Shown here: positions 10,353-21,414 of the stretch, one piece after another
Position numbering within the stretch: position 1 is the first letter of the stretch
Layout: each line of letters opens with the position of its first letter
From: Ginkgo biloba
Lineage: Eukaryota > Plantae > Ginkgophyta
Direction of reading: 5' to 3'
Length of the DNA: 21,414 nucleotides
Assembly (NCBI GenBank): GCA_024626585.2
Contig: JANKJI020000002.1
Location: 63,153,506 to 63,174,919, forward strand
Translations under genes and position numbers: made by a program
The notes under the pieces: generated by a model
What the model was told of the DNA's origin: nothing
Databases searched by the model: none
What the model saw: the letters and a program-made list of their open reading frames with translations, nothing else

Positions 10353-10458
10353 TATGCTGAATCTTCTTTGTGTTGTTAAAGTATTTCTACAAAGGATATT
10401 GACTATGCTGAATCTTGTTTGTGTCGTTAAAGTATATCTACAAAGGATATTGACTATG
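10353..10458. repeat. 51-bp direct tandem duplication (2 copies, 3 mismatches)
   Basis: tatgctgaatctt(c/g)tttgtgt(t/c)gttaaagtat(t/a)tctacaaaggatattgac at 10353 and 10404. Confidence 0.95.
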
Positions 10459-10799
10459 TCTAGGATACTAAATGATGTAAAAAGTGTTTTAATAGCTGCA
10501 AAGCAGGGGATGATGTGAATTATNNNNNNNNNNNNNNNNNNNNNNNNNNNNNNNNNNNNNNNNNNNNNNNNNNNNNNNNNNNNNNNNNNNNNNNNNNNNN
10601 NNNNNNNNNNNNNNNNNNNNNNNAAGAAAGCCTATCACCGAATTAAAGGTTGGGGTGGTGGAAAATCTACAAGAAAAGATGCAAATCATACAACTTGATC
10701 ACATTCAACCCGCACAGGTTCTCTCTGTTCCTTCTTCCCCTTCCTCTAAAAAAATCTCTCCCATTCCTCTCATATAAAAATATTGAAGAATAGTTAAAC

Positions 10800-13100
10800 A
10801 TGATGTGCAAATTGTGACAAAAGGAAAGTGTAAATGAGTACAATCAAAATGTTCTTGCGACTCTCCTTCATGCTAGGAGATCTATTAGTTAATGTGTAGG
10901 TTTGATTTACATGAATGGACTACATGAAGAATACAAAGAGGATGTTAGAGCTCAAATAGAGCAATGAAGCTAGCATTCTCCTTGGAAAAAGGACCATGGC
11001 AACGAGAAGAAGGAAGACAATTTAAGATGACAGATTGCAAAAATGTAGTTGGATCTTTCCACTCAAAAGCGAAGGCAATGAGTCCTCTAGAATTGAGTCA
11101 CGAGGACATTGATTGACATCGTGAGATATGGAAGATTGCCACAAAATGAATAATGTTATTGGTGTTGAGAACCCTGGGGCAAAAAGTGCAAAAGTCAAGC
11201 TATAAAGCACACATATTCCTTTCTTATGTTGGAAGACACACAAGACAACGAGGGTTGAAGAGGAATTCAAACTGATGTTGAAATTGATAATGAAGACCCC
11301 AATAGAAGAGAAGTTGACCTTTGTTTTAAGATGTCACTATTGGTTGCCATGGGATTGGTTTAATATGGTACATTAAAGTTTCAAGGATTCATTAAGACAG
11401 AAAAGACAATAATACAAGTAGACTTTGGAAGTTCTCATGACTTCATTGACAAGAGAGTAGCGAAAAGACTTGCCTTATTTTTGGAACAAAAAAATGTCAT
11501 GTACTGAAGGAGACTTTTTTTTGCAAAGTAATTTCCATATAGTCCCAATAGGAGGTGTTGATATCATTTGGGTATCCAATGGTTGATGCACTAGGAGAAA
11601 TCAAATTTGATTCTAACAATTTGACATGTTGTTTTGGCATAATGATGGAGGAGTATACATTAAGTTTTGGCATAATGATGAAGAAGTTTCATTGCAAGGC
11701 TTTGTACCACTTCGTGTAAATGGGAAAAGCTAGCCAAAAAAATCCCAAAGCATGGTGTAGCAACTATTTCATTTGGAGGCTCAAGAAGCAAATTTAGACA
11801 AGCAAGAAATTAATTTAGAAGGTGAAATTAAGCAAGTTTTTCAAGAGTATATAAATGTTTTTTTAAAAGCCTAGTGGATTGCCACTAGATAGGGGCATGG
11901 AGCACATCCTTGAGCTATAGATGGGTACAAAATCTATTATGAAGAAGTCATGTCGACACACTTATCATCATAAGAAGGGATTGAGATGATTGTGTGAGAA
12001 CTTCTTGAGCAAGGCATTATCACACATAGTAAGTTACCCTTTGTAGCACCAATTATCTTAGTACGAAAGAAGGATAGATCCTCTCAAATGCATGTGGATT
12101 ATTGGGCTATAAACAAGCTTGTTGTAAAGAATCAATATTCCATCCCAAGAATCAACAAGTTATTGGATGAGCTACATAGTGCTAAGTATATTTTGAAGAT
12201 CAATATTTGCTTGGGCTTTTATCAAATTTGCATAAGGAAGGAAGGTATTCATAAGATTGCCTTCAATACACATGAGGGTCATTATGAATTCAGAGTAATG
12301 TCGTTTGGCCTTGCAAACACGAGCTATTTTCCAAGCAACAATGAACATGTAATGTCTCTTTCCTTATGAAAGTTAGTCTTGGCATTCCTTGATGACATTC
12401 TTATCTATAGCAAAATTTGGGAAGAACATATTAAACACTTGAGAATGGCTCTACACGTGCTACAAGACAATCAACTATATACCGNNNNNNNNNNATGAAT
12501 TGAAACGCAGTTTTAGGAAGAAGGAAATGGGATCTTTGGCCCACTGTTAATTAGGAGCAAAAGTTGACCCTATGATCCAAGCAAATATTGGTTGGCCTAC
12601 ACCAACAAATATATCTCAATTTAAGAGTTTTTTTAGACTAACATGTTACTATTGCACATTTGCCTAACACTATTCATAGATTACCTCCATCATCACAAAT
12701 ATACTAAAATGGGAAGCTCTTTACTAGAATCAGGGGCAGAAATTTATTTTTAACAACTTAAGTATGTCATGACAATGCTTCCAATCTTAGCAACACTAGA
12801 TTTGAAATAGAATTTTATTGCAGAGTGTGATGCATCTGGTATAGGTTTAGGAATTGTCCTAATGGATGTCCAATTACTTTTGAGAGCCACAAATTTGAAG
12901 GACAAGGAAAGAAGCATGTTGACTTGCGGTAAGGAAATAATGACAATTGTGCATGCTTGGGGAAAATGGAGGCAAAATCTATTGGGAAGCAATTTTCTAA
13001 TTTAAACAGATTACAACCACCTTCAATATTTCTTACATCAACAAAGCTCGTCACCTTCTTAGCAAAAATAGGTCAATAAGGTCCAAGATTTTGACTTCGA
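10800..13100 (+). mobile_element. Degenerate Ty3/Gypsy retrotransposon internal region (gag end, protease, RT, RNase H)
   Basis: Protease-like VDFGSSHDFID (11418-11450). RT: PFVAPIILVRKKD..HVDYWAINK..IAFNTHEGHYEFRVMSFGLAN..AFLDDILIYS (FLDD at 12385-12396). RNase H: ECDASGIGLG (from 12823) ..KWRQNLLG..TDY. The PR-RT-RH order is Gypsy. There are many stops and frameshifts. Confidence 0.92.
11631..11693. repeat. 33-bp tandem duplication inside the Gypsy remnant
   Basis: gttttggcataatgatgga/aag at 11631 and 11664. Confidence 0.8.
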
Positions 13101-14949
13101 NNNNNNNNNNNNNNNNNNNNNNNNNNNNNNNNNNNNNNNNNNNNNNNNNNNNNNNNNNNNNNNNNNNNNNNNNNNNNNNNNNNNNNNNNNNNNNNNNNNN
13201 GATAACATACATAAATGTCCTCACATCCTCATTATATGCTCAAAGAGTAGAAATAGACATCATGCATCAATAGAACTCATAACATACAGTGAGAATTACC
13301 CTATATAACACTCATCTTGATATTGTTTATGCCCTACACACAATGAATACAATGTCTAGTAGTTACAATAATAATAATCATTGGTTGATTCACGTTGATA
13401 TTGCCAAGATGGAGGCATACTTATACAATTAGAGGGATGAGGTTATAACACAATGCAACCTTTCATCCTTATAGTTTCTACTTTTTATCCTTTTGATTGT
13501 GACATTTCAATTTAATTAGTGGAATAATAAGTTCTAATTATAGTCAGGTTTATTAATTTCTTCTCGACTTGTGAAAGATTAGTTATTGGTTGTGATCGAC
13601 ACACTTGGACCTACGACTGACTATCAATACCTTTCTGCATGCAATGGGCTCTTATTGTTGATGACTAGTTGTTATTTAGTAGCAACTAAATGTAGATACT
13701 TTGCAACAGCCTATTGATTACTATACCTGCAACTAATTGGATATAATTTGCAATAGATGATATATATTGAGACAACCAACTGTGCACAAAAATTCATTAT
13801 TATTCTACCTTATTATACTGATTATTTCTATACCATTTACTAGGCATGCATCTTGTTGGAAATAGTTGATCAAAATTGATACCTGTTATAAGGAAAATTT
13901 TCAAAATTTGGTCATCTATTTGCTTGCCCCCTTGATAAATTTTCTGTCACCAAAACTACAAAATTTGCTCCTCAACTTGTTTAACGATGATACTTTGTAT
14001 CAAAATTGACTTCCCTAGGAATTTGAGCTCCTACTTGCCTTATAGCTCTAACAATTGTGTTGATCTTGTTTTCCAATTATTGTATTTCAACTTGGTGGCC
14101 TGTGTGCATCTGTGTGAGTTCCCTAGTTTACTAGCCTTGGATGTTCTCGAGTAGATGTTCCTTTTTTCATAACTACTTGTTCAATTGATGAATTAGACCT
14201 CAATGTCTCCTAAAGTTTTCTTAGTCCTAGCCATAGTTTCTTTTATGTTTTCCAATTAGAGATCGGATTTGTATTGTCATTGATCCACCTAAAGCATTGA
14301 TGCCATCAATTTTGGATTAATCTTCTCTAAGCCTTGTAGGATTTTCTTATCATTGTGGAGGATGAATTGCTTGTACGTGTTAGTGGTAGGTTTCACGTCC
14401 TTTATACAAACATCCAAAAACTTTACAACATATTTGGTTCTTTCTTTGGCTATCGTTGCCTTAGCTCTAGCTTGCCGATTTTCCAATGTTACTTCTTGTT
14501 GTCATACACTTAGGGATGACATTGATAAGCGCTAACTAGGTTTGCAAAGTCAATAGTTGTTAGACAGAGGCAATAGTAGTTAGATGGAGTTGATGCAGTT
14601 ATGGCCAACCTCTAACATAAATATGTTATAACTGTCTTATGTATATATATGTTTTGGAATACTAATGAGGGGGAAGTTTCATGGACTGATATTGCTTAAA
14701 CATCTCGTTCACCTTGTACATATATGTGTTAACTATGTATTCCTTCTACATACATCTCGCTTGAGCACATTGAACTTTCAGGTTGGATGTGATAGAGCCA
14801 ATGTATTCCTTAGGCCCATGCTCTAGATTGCACATGTATTGGCATATAACTTAGGAGTTAGGCCAAGTGTGCAATTGTAATAATTGTCGACCAGACTGAG
14901 TTAGACCACACCAATATTTGGTTCCATTGCTATTCAATGAGAAATAATT

Positions 14950-16730
14950 GAACTTGTAATTGGAAGAATGAAGCATGAATGACACAAGGCATACTCAGTA
15001 TAAGAAATCAAAGGATGGTGGATAAAATAAATCAATGACTATTGTAGAACTACACTCGATGGAGTGGATTGACAATTGCCCAAGCTAGAAATTGATTGTT
15101 TTAAGAAACTCATGAAATATTCATTGAAAAGGTCTGAGTGGAACTAGCATGAAAGTTGACACAATGATAATAATTTCAAAATTTTTGTTGACAAGAACAA
15201 AAAAATCAAAATTACCTAGGATTCTTTAGAGATTGATTGAGACTTTATCAAGAACTTGTCAATGAAGGCAAGACAAGTATGAACGATTAGTTCGAAGCAC
15301 TACTTGACGACTTTTGCATTAACACACCAATTGAACAAGGTAGGTCAGTTGACGAGGTCGAGAAAGAATTCTTTTTATAACCTACATTTTCTTTTTCACC
15401 ATACCAATTTTCATTTAGATGTTGCTAATGGAGAAACAATACGATCCAGTGACCATAAAGATGGAGTGTAACACTCAACGTAAGGGAGATGATTTGAGGA
15501 AGTGGAAGATGAGTCAACATCAAAAAAGGAGGAAGGCTGAACAATGACTGATATAGTTGTATTTGATAGGATCTATTTACTTTTGACCAATTTGCAATCG
15601 ATAAGACCAGAGAAAGGATAAAAAGATAGATAGAGGGGAGCTCTGGGAAGGATGACAAAAATGGAAGAAGGCCACACCCAAATCCTCAAGGAGAATAGGA
15701 CGATAAATAGAAAGAGGTTTGACAAAAGAAGATAGAGGTTGACGAAGGAAGATTGAAGGATGAAATTGATAAGAGTTAGGAAAGAAAGGAATCCCAAAAG
15801 AAAAGTTGTTGAAGATTAGAAAGATTGAACGAAAGAAAAGAGAAGTCAAGTGAACATGAAAAGAAAGAAGGTCAATAAGAGCAAGACGAAGCAAAAAAGA
15901 TGATACGATGGTCAATAAGGGAGCAATTGAGACAAGGTCCACATCAATGTTAGAGGGTGATCAATATGATCGAACAAAAGAATTGGCAAATGCAGGAGCA
16001 AAGCAAAGAGAAAGAAGAGGGATCGGGAGGTAAATGATTCAATATTGGTTGTTCAATGCCAATTGCATGACAACAGAGAGATAGTAGGGGAGAAGCGAAT
16101 GGAAGATAGAAGAGTAGTAAGGATTTAAATAGATAAGATAAGAAGACAATATGAAGAAAAAAGTACAAATGATAACAGTGAGGAAGCACAATGGAATAGA
16201 GAATCTAAGAGATGATAGAACCACCAATTATGGAATCCAAGGTGTAAAATTACAAAATTCCTCCAAGAAGGGGGTTTCAAATGATGTATTAAAATGATAA
16301 TCCCATGGGGGAGTGAATGTATTTTAATTCATAAATTCCTATAATATGTGAATCCATTTAGGGTGTTATTAATAAAATTAATCTATTCTATTTGTTTAAT
16401 TTTATGTGAGGATCTCTTTCATCTATATATTGGGTATGTTGTCTACTGAATGAAGTGAGTTGATGCCATTAAGGATCCAAGTTATGATGTAAGGGACTGA
16501 TACTCATGTCCCACTATATCTTAGGAGCAGTTGTGAATCGATGGCATTAGAGCATCACCCCTAATGATTGAATCATCTACACTACACAATCTTTATTCAT
16601 CATTATTTTATATCTCTTCATCACTCCATTACCTTAATTCATCATTTTACTACTCCAGTTCATTATTTTCTTGGTCAATCCACCTTATCTCTTTTTTAGC
16701 CCATGGCCTCTAAATCAAACAAGGCCACTA
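14950..16730 (+). mobile_element. Probable decayed LTR-element 3' part: purine-rich former charged/coiled-coil ORF, PPT and LTR-like segment
   Basis: Strong A/G skew at 15500-16250 with broken K/E/R-rich frames, then gggggagtgaa immediately followed by tgta at about 16307-16321 (PPT plus TG-start pattern). No diagnostic protein motif was recognised. Confidence 0.4.
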
Positions 16731-17784
16731 ATATCTTCCTCTTTGGATGATCATATGATAACTTTGAATTTGTATGGATCAATACAAGCTTTGGAATGAA
16801 TTGTATGTGGTAAACCAAGCTACTTATTTTGACTAGTTGTACACTTTGACGTCTTGGTTGGTGAGGAGGTGGAAGAACCTTATTATTTATTGCTACTCTA
16901 TTTCTATTATGTTTGAAAAGTTAATCAATGATAGTAAGCCTCCTTTTTCACTTGTTGGCATGCTGCCGATACATATGATTTTATTTCTTCATCTATTTAA
17001 ATACACACAAGCTTCTCAACTAATTATTTTAACACAAGCTCTTCATCCTTTATCTCGATTGGGGATAATTAAAGATTTAGACATTGTTAATAATGGCCAA
17101 ATTTAAAATAAAGTTTTCTTTGTTACATAAGAAATAGTTGGATGCAATTAATATCAATTCAAATAATAATTTAGTTTGAGAATAAAAAAATGACACTGAT
17201 TGATTACCACACAGTTATATATTGTGCTGATGAGTTATGTGAATCAACCAATGCATTAAGTTCCATTATATATCATGATTTTACACTTAAGAATAAGCCT
17301 ATTTGAACAATTGGTGTCATGATGTTGCTCCTCCTTTAAGTGGAGCAATGCAAAATATCTCTAACAAAACTTGGGTCTATGCCTAAACTTGCTACTTCCA
17401 TATTCCATGGAATTATAAATATCTTCCTCATCATTATCGTTTATATTTGGAGACATGATTTTCAAAGATAAGATATGAGAGGAGTATTAGATGTACAACA
17501 AAAAAACATTGCTTTTACTTTTGGTTTTGGTTTTTGTTAGTCCAATTATCTCCATGTGTTTTTATACGGTAGTGGTACCCTTCCTAACCACCATTGTCCC
17601 TTCATAGAAGATGTGTCTTCCTTAAAATAAGATCCATATATTAGAAAAGTACATATCGTATAGTTTTAATATTTTTATGGTTAANNNNNNNNNNNNNNNN
17701 NNNNNNNNNNNNNNNNNNNNNNNNNNNNNNNNNNNNNNNNNNNNNNNNNNNNNNNNNNNNNNNNNNNNNNNNNNNNNNNNNNNN

Positions 17785-19349
17785 CAAGAGAGTCAACAAG
17801 ACAGTGGTAAGAGCATGTTGATAAAAGATGATGCAGTTCTAATATTACAAGAGGTTTTGAATAAGTTTTAGATGGTCTAGAGTGGAGAAAAACACTTTGA
17901 CAAGAAACAAGCTTGAATCAAATCCAAGCTGATAAAAATGACACAAATTAGTAGTTTTATGATCCATCAGTAGTCTTACTAAACTACAAGGGAATGGGTG
18001 ATGNNNNNNNNNNTTGTTTATAATTCATATGGTATGGGACGCGATAGGCTTAATTGAAGGCAAAAAGAAGATTGTTGAGTTTGTGTCGACATTGAAAGGA
18101 TGAGCTTTGGATTAGTACATGACATTGCAGGCTGCATTTTGAGAGATTGATACACTAGCAAAGGTAGAGGATAAGTTTTGAACCACATTTTCTTCTCGAG
18201 GCTGAGAATCTAGTTGATAATATATTTTAAAGGNNNNNNNNNNNNNNNNNNNNNNNNNNNNNNNNNNNNNNNNNNNNNNNNNNNNTGTTAAGTTAGATTT
18301 CTTTCACATTTGGAAACAATCAACATAGAGAATGGTTCATTATAGGATTGGTTCCAAGGATAAGATCAACATTTTGACAACAAGAAATAAAAAATTATGA
18401 AGAAGCATTAAGTTGAGCAACCAATGTGGAGAGTGAGGTTGATTTGGCTCAACCATCGATAATAAGTTGTCGACAAGAATCACAAATTAAACAAATACAA
18501 ATCTATCTTAGAGAATTATCAATGAAGAGAATTGGTCAAGAGGAGGTATGGTGCATTGATTTCAAAGTCGAAGGTCGTACCAAGAATGAATGTCCAAGGA
18601 AGCCATCGACATTAACATTGGCCAAGAGTAGTGGTGACATGAGACTAAAGGCAAATTTTTGTGAGATCCATCCAGTTCAAGGACAATTGACTAGAAAGTG
18701 TTTGGAGAATCCAAAGAATCAAATGGGACATCAAATTTGGTTAGCCGTATGGTGTGGCATCTATGAGAATAATACCCATAGCACTAATGAATGCCTGTTG
18801 AATCCACGTCGAAGCATAGGTTAAGCCACAATCGAATCTTTTTACATTGGCACCCATGGTCGAGGTGGATATGGAGACTACTAGCAAGGAGGATTGAGGA
18901 TGACTTAGGTGCTATGAGTGCAACCAAACTTGTGATAAAGGGTTTGAAGTTCAACCAACCAATCAAAAATAAAGGCATGCACTGTTTGTGGACTCGGTAA
19001 ATCATGTAACCAAAGACTGCCCCATTGTGCTAAAAAAAGTGAAAGAACATGAGAATGTCAATTGCATGAAAGCCATTCCTAGGGAGACAAAACAAGTCAA
19101 TATAATTAAAGGTCAACATGCAACATAAATTATCATCACTCGAATTGGAACAAGAACTGGTAGAGATAGACAAGATCATGTTGACAACATAGGTATTTGA
19201 ACCTTGAAAGTAAAGTCAAAAATCAAAGACACATATGTAGACCCAGTAGAGCAAAAGAAGAAGTTGCAGCAAGTGATGCAAGCTATTTAGGACCTTCAAG
19301 GATCTTAGACAACAAGTCAATTGATGATGTTAACTAGCTAGGAACATGA
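17785..19349 (+). mobile_element. Degenerate LTR-retrotransposon gag with multiple CCHC zinc-knuckle remnants
   Basis: EWFIIGLVPRIRS..QQEIKNYEEAL (from 18330, same frame as ORF 18426) is typical of the end of the gag capsid region. It is followed by knuckle-spaced motifs WCIDFKVEGRTKNEC, FCEIHPVQGQLTRKC, WCGIYENNTHSTNEC and a frameshifted CTVC...HVTKDCP near 18977-19023. Confidence 0.8.
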
Positions 19350-20009
19350 NNNNNNNNNNNNNNNNNNNNNNNNNNNNNNNNNNNNNNNNNNNNNNNNNNN
19401 NNNNNNNNNNNNNNNNNNNNNNNNNNNNNNNNNNNNNNNNNNNNNNNNNAAATTTTTATAATCATTTGAGAATTTTCTCGATCATGGTGGAAGCATCCTC
19501 AATTTCTCAATCTTCCTCATTTGTTCTTAACCATATGCTATATTATCTATTCTCCATGCAAATTTTGACTTCCATGGATATAGAAGTATACCATTAAAAA
19601 GTTTTTTTTCCCTTGAATTTACAAAGATATTTATGACCTTTTGTTTCTATACTTTCTCGAAGGTATGTATGTGCCACTTATGGGAATTGAATAATGTTAA
19701 TATGTGATGATGTCCACAACCTAAAATAACCTTAACCGCAAGTAACTAAGTTTTTAAGGCTTGCACATGTTGCCCAATGGAATTAAGTTATTGCCATGTT
19801 TATGAGATTGATTATGTCCCTCTATACGGGCAACCTTGGGGATGATTAACTTTTAAGTTTTAAGAGGATCTCAAAGATTTTTCGTAGGTTTATATTGTTC
19901 TTCTCTTCAAGACAAAATGTTAGCCTTATTTTTTCTTTGAACAATAATCTTAACCCTTTTGTGACTACTCAATGTGCCCTTTATTATGGGTTATTAAAGT
20001 CTCACGAAT

Positions 20010-20560
20010 TAGATCTCTCCTTGGGCGACCATGGTTGATCTAATGGTTAGCGGATTTGACCTTCAAGATGCGGTTGTTGATCTTGAAAATGAAGTGAACA
20101 ATTTACCTAAGTATTCTTGGATCCCAATGAATCGAACCCCACTCGAACCAAGTGATAACTTGCTTAAATTAGTTGATCATCATTTGGTCAATCTTATAGC
20201 AGTCCCTCAATGTGATTCAGTAACGTTCAAAGGAATCACTATTAGAGCCGATTTTGAATAAAATATGACAAGGATGCCTAGATAATCCATGATAGGTCGA
20301 GTTTGGAGAAAGAAAGAATGAAATTTAAAGCGAATGGGAAGAAGCTAATTGTTCCATTGAAACCAGAAATGTGAGAACCATATGAAGAATTAGTCAATGA
20401 TGATTAATACGATTGACAAGGCATTGAAAACATTTAGCAGGTGACAACCATTGATGAAGAAAACATTAATCCCTCAGCTAATGGAGAATTATGTTTTTAG
20501 AGTCCCTCTGCAGTTGATGGTATTTTGAGATCTGGCTATCTATGATTGGGAGATGGAGAT
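20010..20560 (+). mobile_element. Degenerate retrotransposon aspartic protease region
   Basis: VVDLENEVNNLPK..W..M...LEPS...LKLVD...V......V...GITIRADFE resembles the Gypsy protease 'IDLGSxVNxLP...LKLAD...DFxV'. LLGRPWL is at 20017-20037, and downstream is ERMKFKANGKKLIVPL. Confidence 0.7.
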
Positions 20561-21414
20561 ACAAGGTACATTCTTGGGAGTGTTATATTGTCACAGTTAT
20601 GAAGAATCCTAGATTTGTTTAACAAGAACATGCATCGTTAGAGCTAAAGATGACATAACCCAATCAAGATCCATTAGAATGTGAGGTGTATTTGAACAAT
20701 ACCCCAAGTTGTACAAGTGGAGCTAAGGTACTATCGAGCTTCTAATCATCAAAAACACCTCAACAACTTGTTGAAGTTGTCGACGAAAGAGACACGAATG
20801 CAACTTTTTTTAGATTTCTCATGGACAATTGCAATTCAGTTTAATTTTGAGTTGCAAACTCTTAATTCAGTGTGAAGACACTTTGGATTAATTCGCAATT
20901 CAAAGGAATGTTTTACTTCTAAATGTTGCTCAAATTAAACAAATAAATTGAAAATTTGGAAAGTTTTACATATTGTGCACTCATTTTCTTAGGAGCAAAA
21001 TTTTATTGTTGTTGTTAGTATGGAGGGCAGATGTTTGAAGCCCTTCAACAAGGATAGAATGGTTCAAGTGCGAAAGAAACTTGATGACTTGTTCGATGAA
21101 ATCTGTCCAAAATGAAATATGTCCCAAGGATGAGAATTCAAGAGATCCGGTGTATGTTTTACTCATTGCATCCAAAAGCGAGGAGTCCAAAATCAAATTT
21201 ACCAATGACAATATCAAATCCATAGGCACTATGTGTATATTTGCAGTTTCATTGGATTTTCATTTCTATGTGAGAAGATTATTTTAGCCTGTATATATTT
21301 GATAAATGTCATGTACTACAGGATATGTTTAATGGGGGAGTGGACACCATAATAGTTACATCCGAATGGGCGATGGCAAAAATCCTAAAATTTTAAAGAA
21401 GATGCAACAAGAGA

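Noticed and set aside
14289-14535. Short opposing ORFs in 13200-14600
   Set aside because: No recognisable motif or splice structure. Probably decayed repeat sequence that I cannot classify.
15425-16227. Overlapping hydrophobic minus-strand ORFs resembling membrane proteins
   Set aside because: They are a by-product of the purine-rich + strand (F/L/S-rich antisense frames) and contain no motif.
21316-21352. ctacag|g as acceptor for the next Pol theta exon
   Set aside because: The phase-2 continuation reads G-I-C-L-M-G-E-W-T-P-stop, with no similarity to Y..TL.GR.RF. The gggggag here looks more like a retroelement purine tract.

Overview
AT-rich eukaryotic scaffold with many N gaps, most consistent with a large-genome land plant (gymnosperm-like; the taxon is an inference). 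Its core is a + strand intron-containing locus. A CpG-rich promoter-like region with (CT)9 and E2F-type sites (about 5280-5558) is followed by two short exons encoding an acidic, unrecognised N-terminus (5559-5570, 5663-5851). Further on are two clean exons encoding part of the A-family polymerase domain of DNA polymerase theta/TEBICHI (9680-9793, 9896-10248; motifs A and B). All four exons can be spliced in frame, but no helicase, exonuclease-like or thumb exons are visible between them. The intervening intron holds an unexplained, diverged array of ~90-135 bp self-complementary (fold-back) repeat units (8130-8885, with outlying copies at 5920-6001 and 7755-7840) and a possible 57-nt stop-containing exon. 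Exon 2 itself resembles one of the repeat units. Downstream of 10248, more than 11 kb is filled largely with decayed LTR retrotransposons: a Ty3/Gypsy PR-RT-RNase H remnant and a gag with four degenerate zinc knuckles plus protease. The next Pol theta exon is not in the visible sequence. All alignments and pairings were made by eye.
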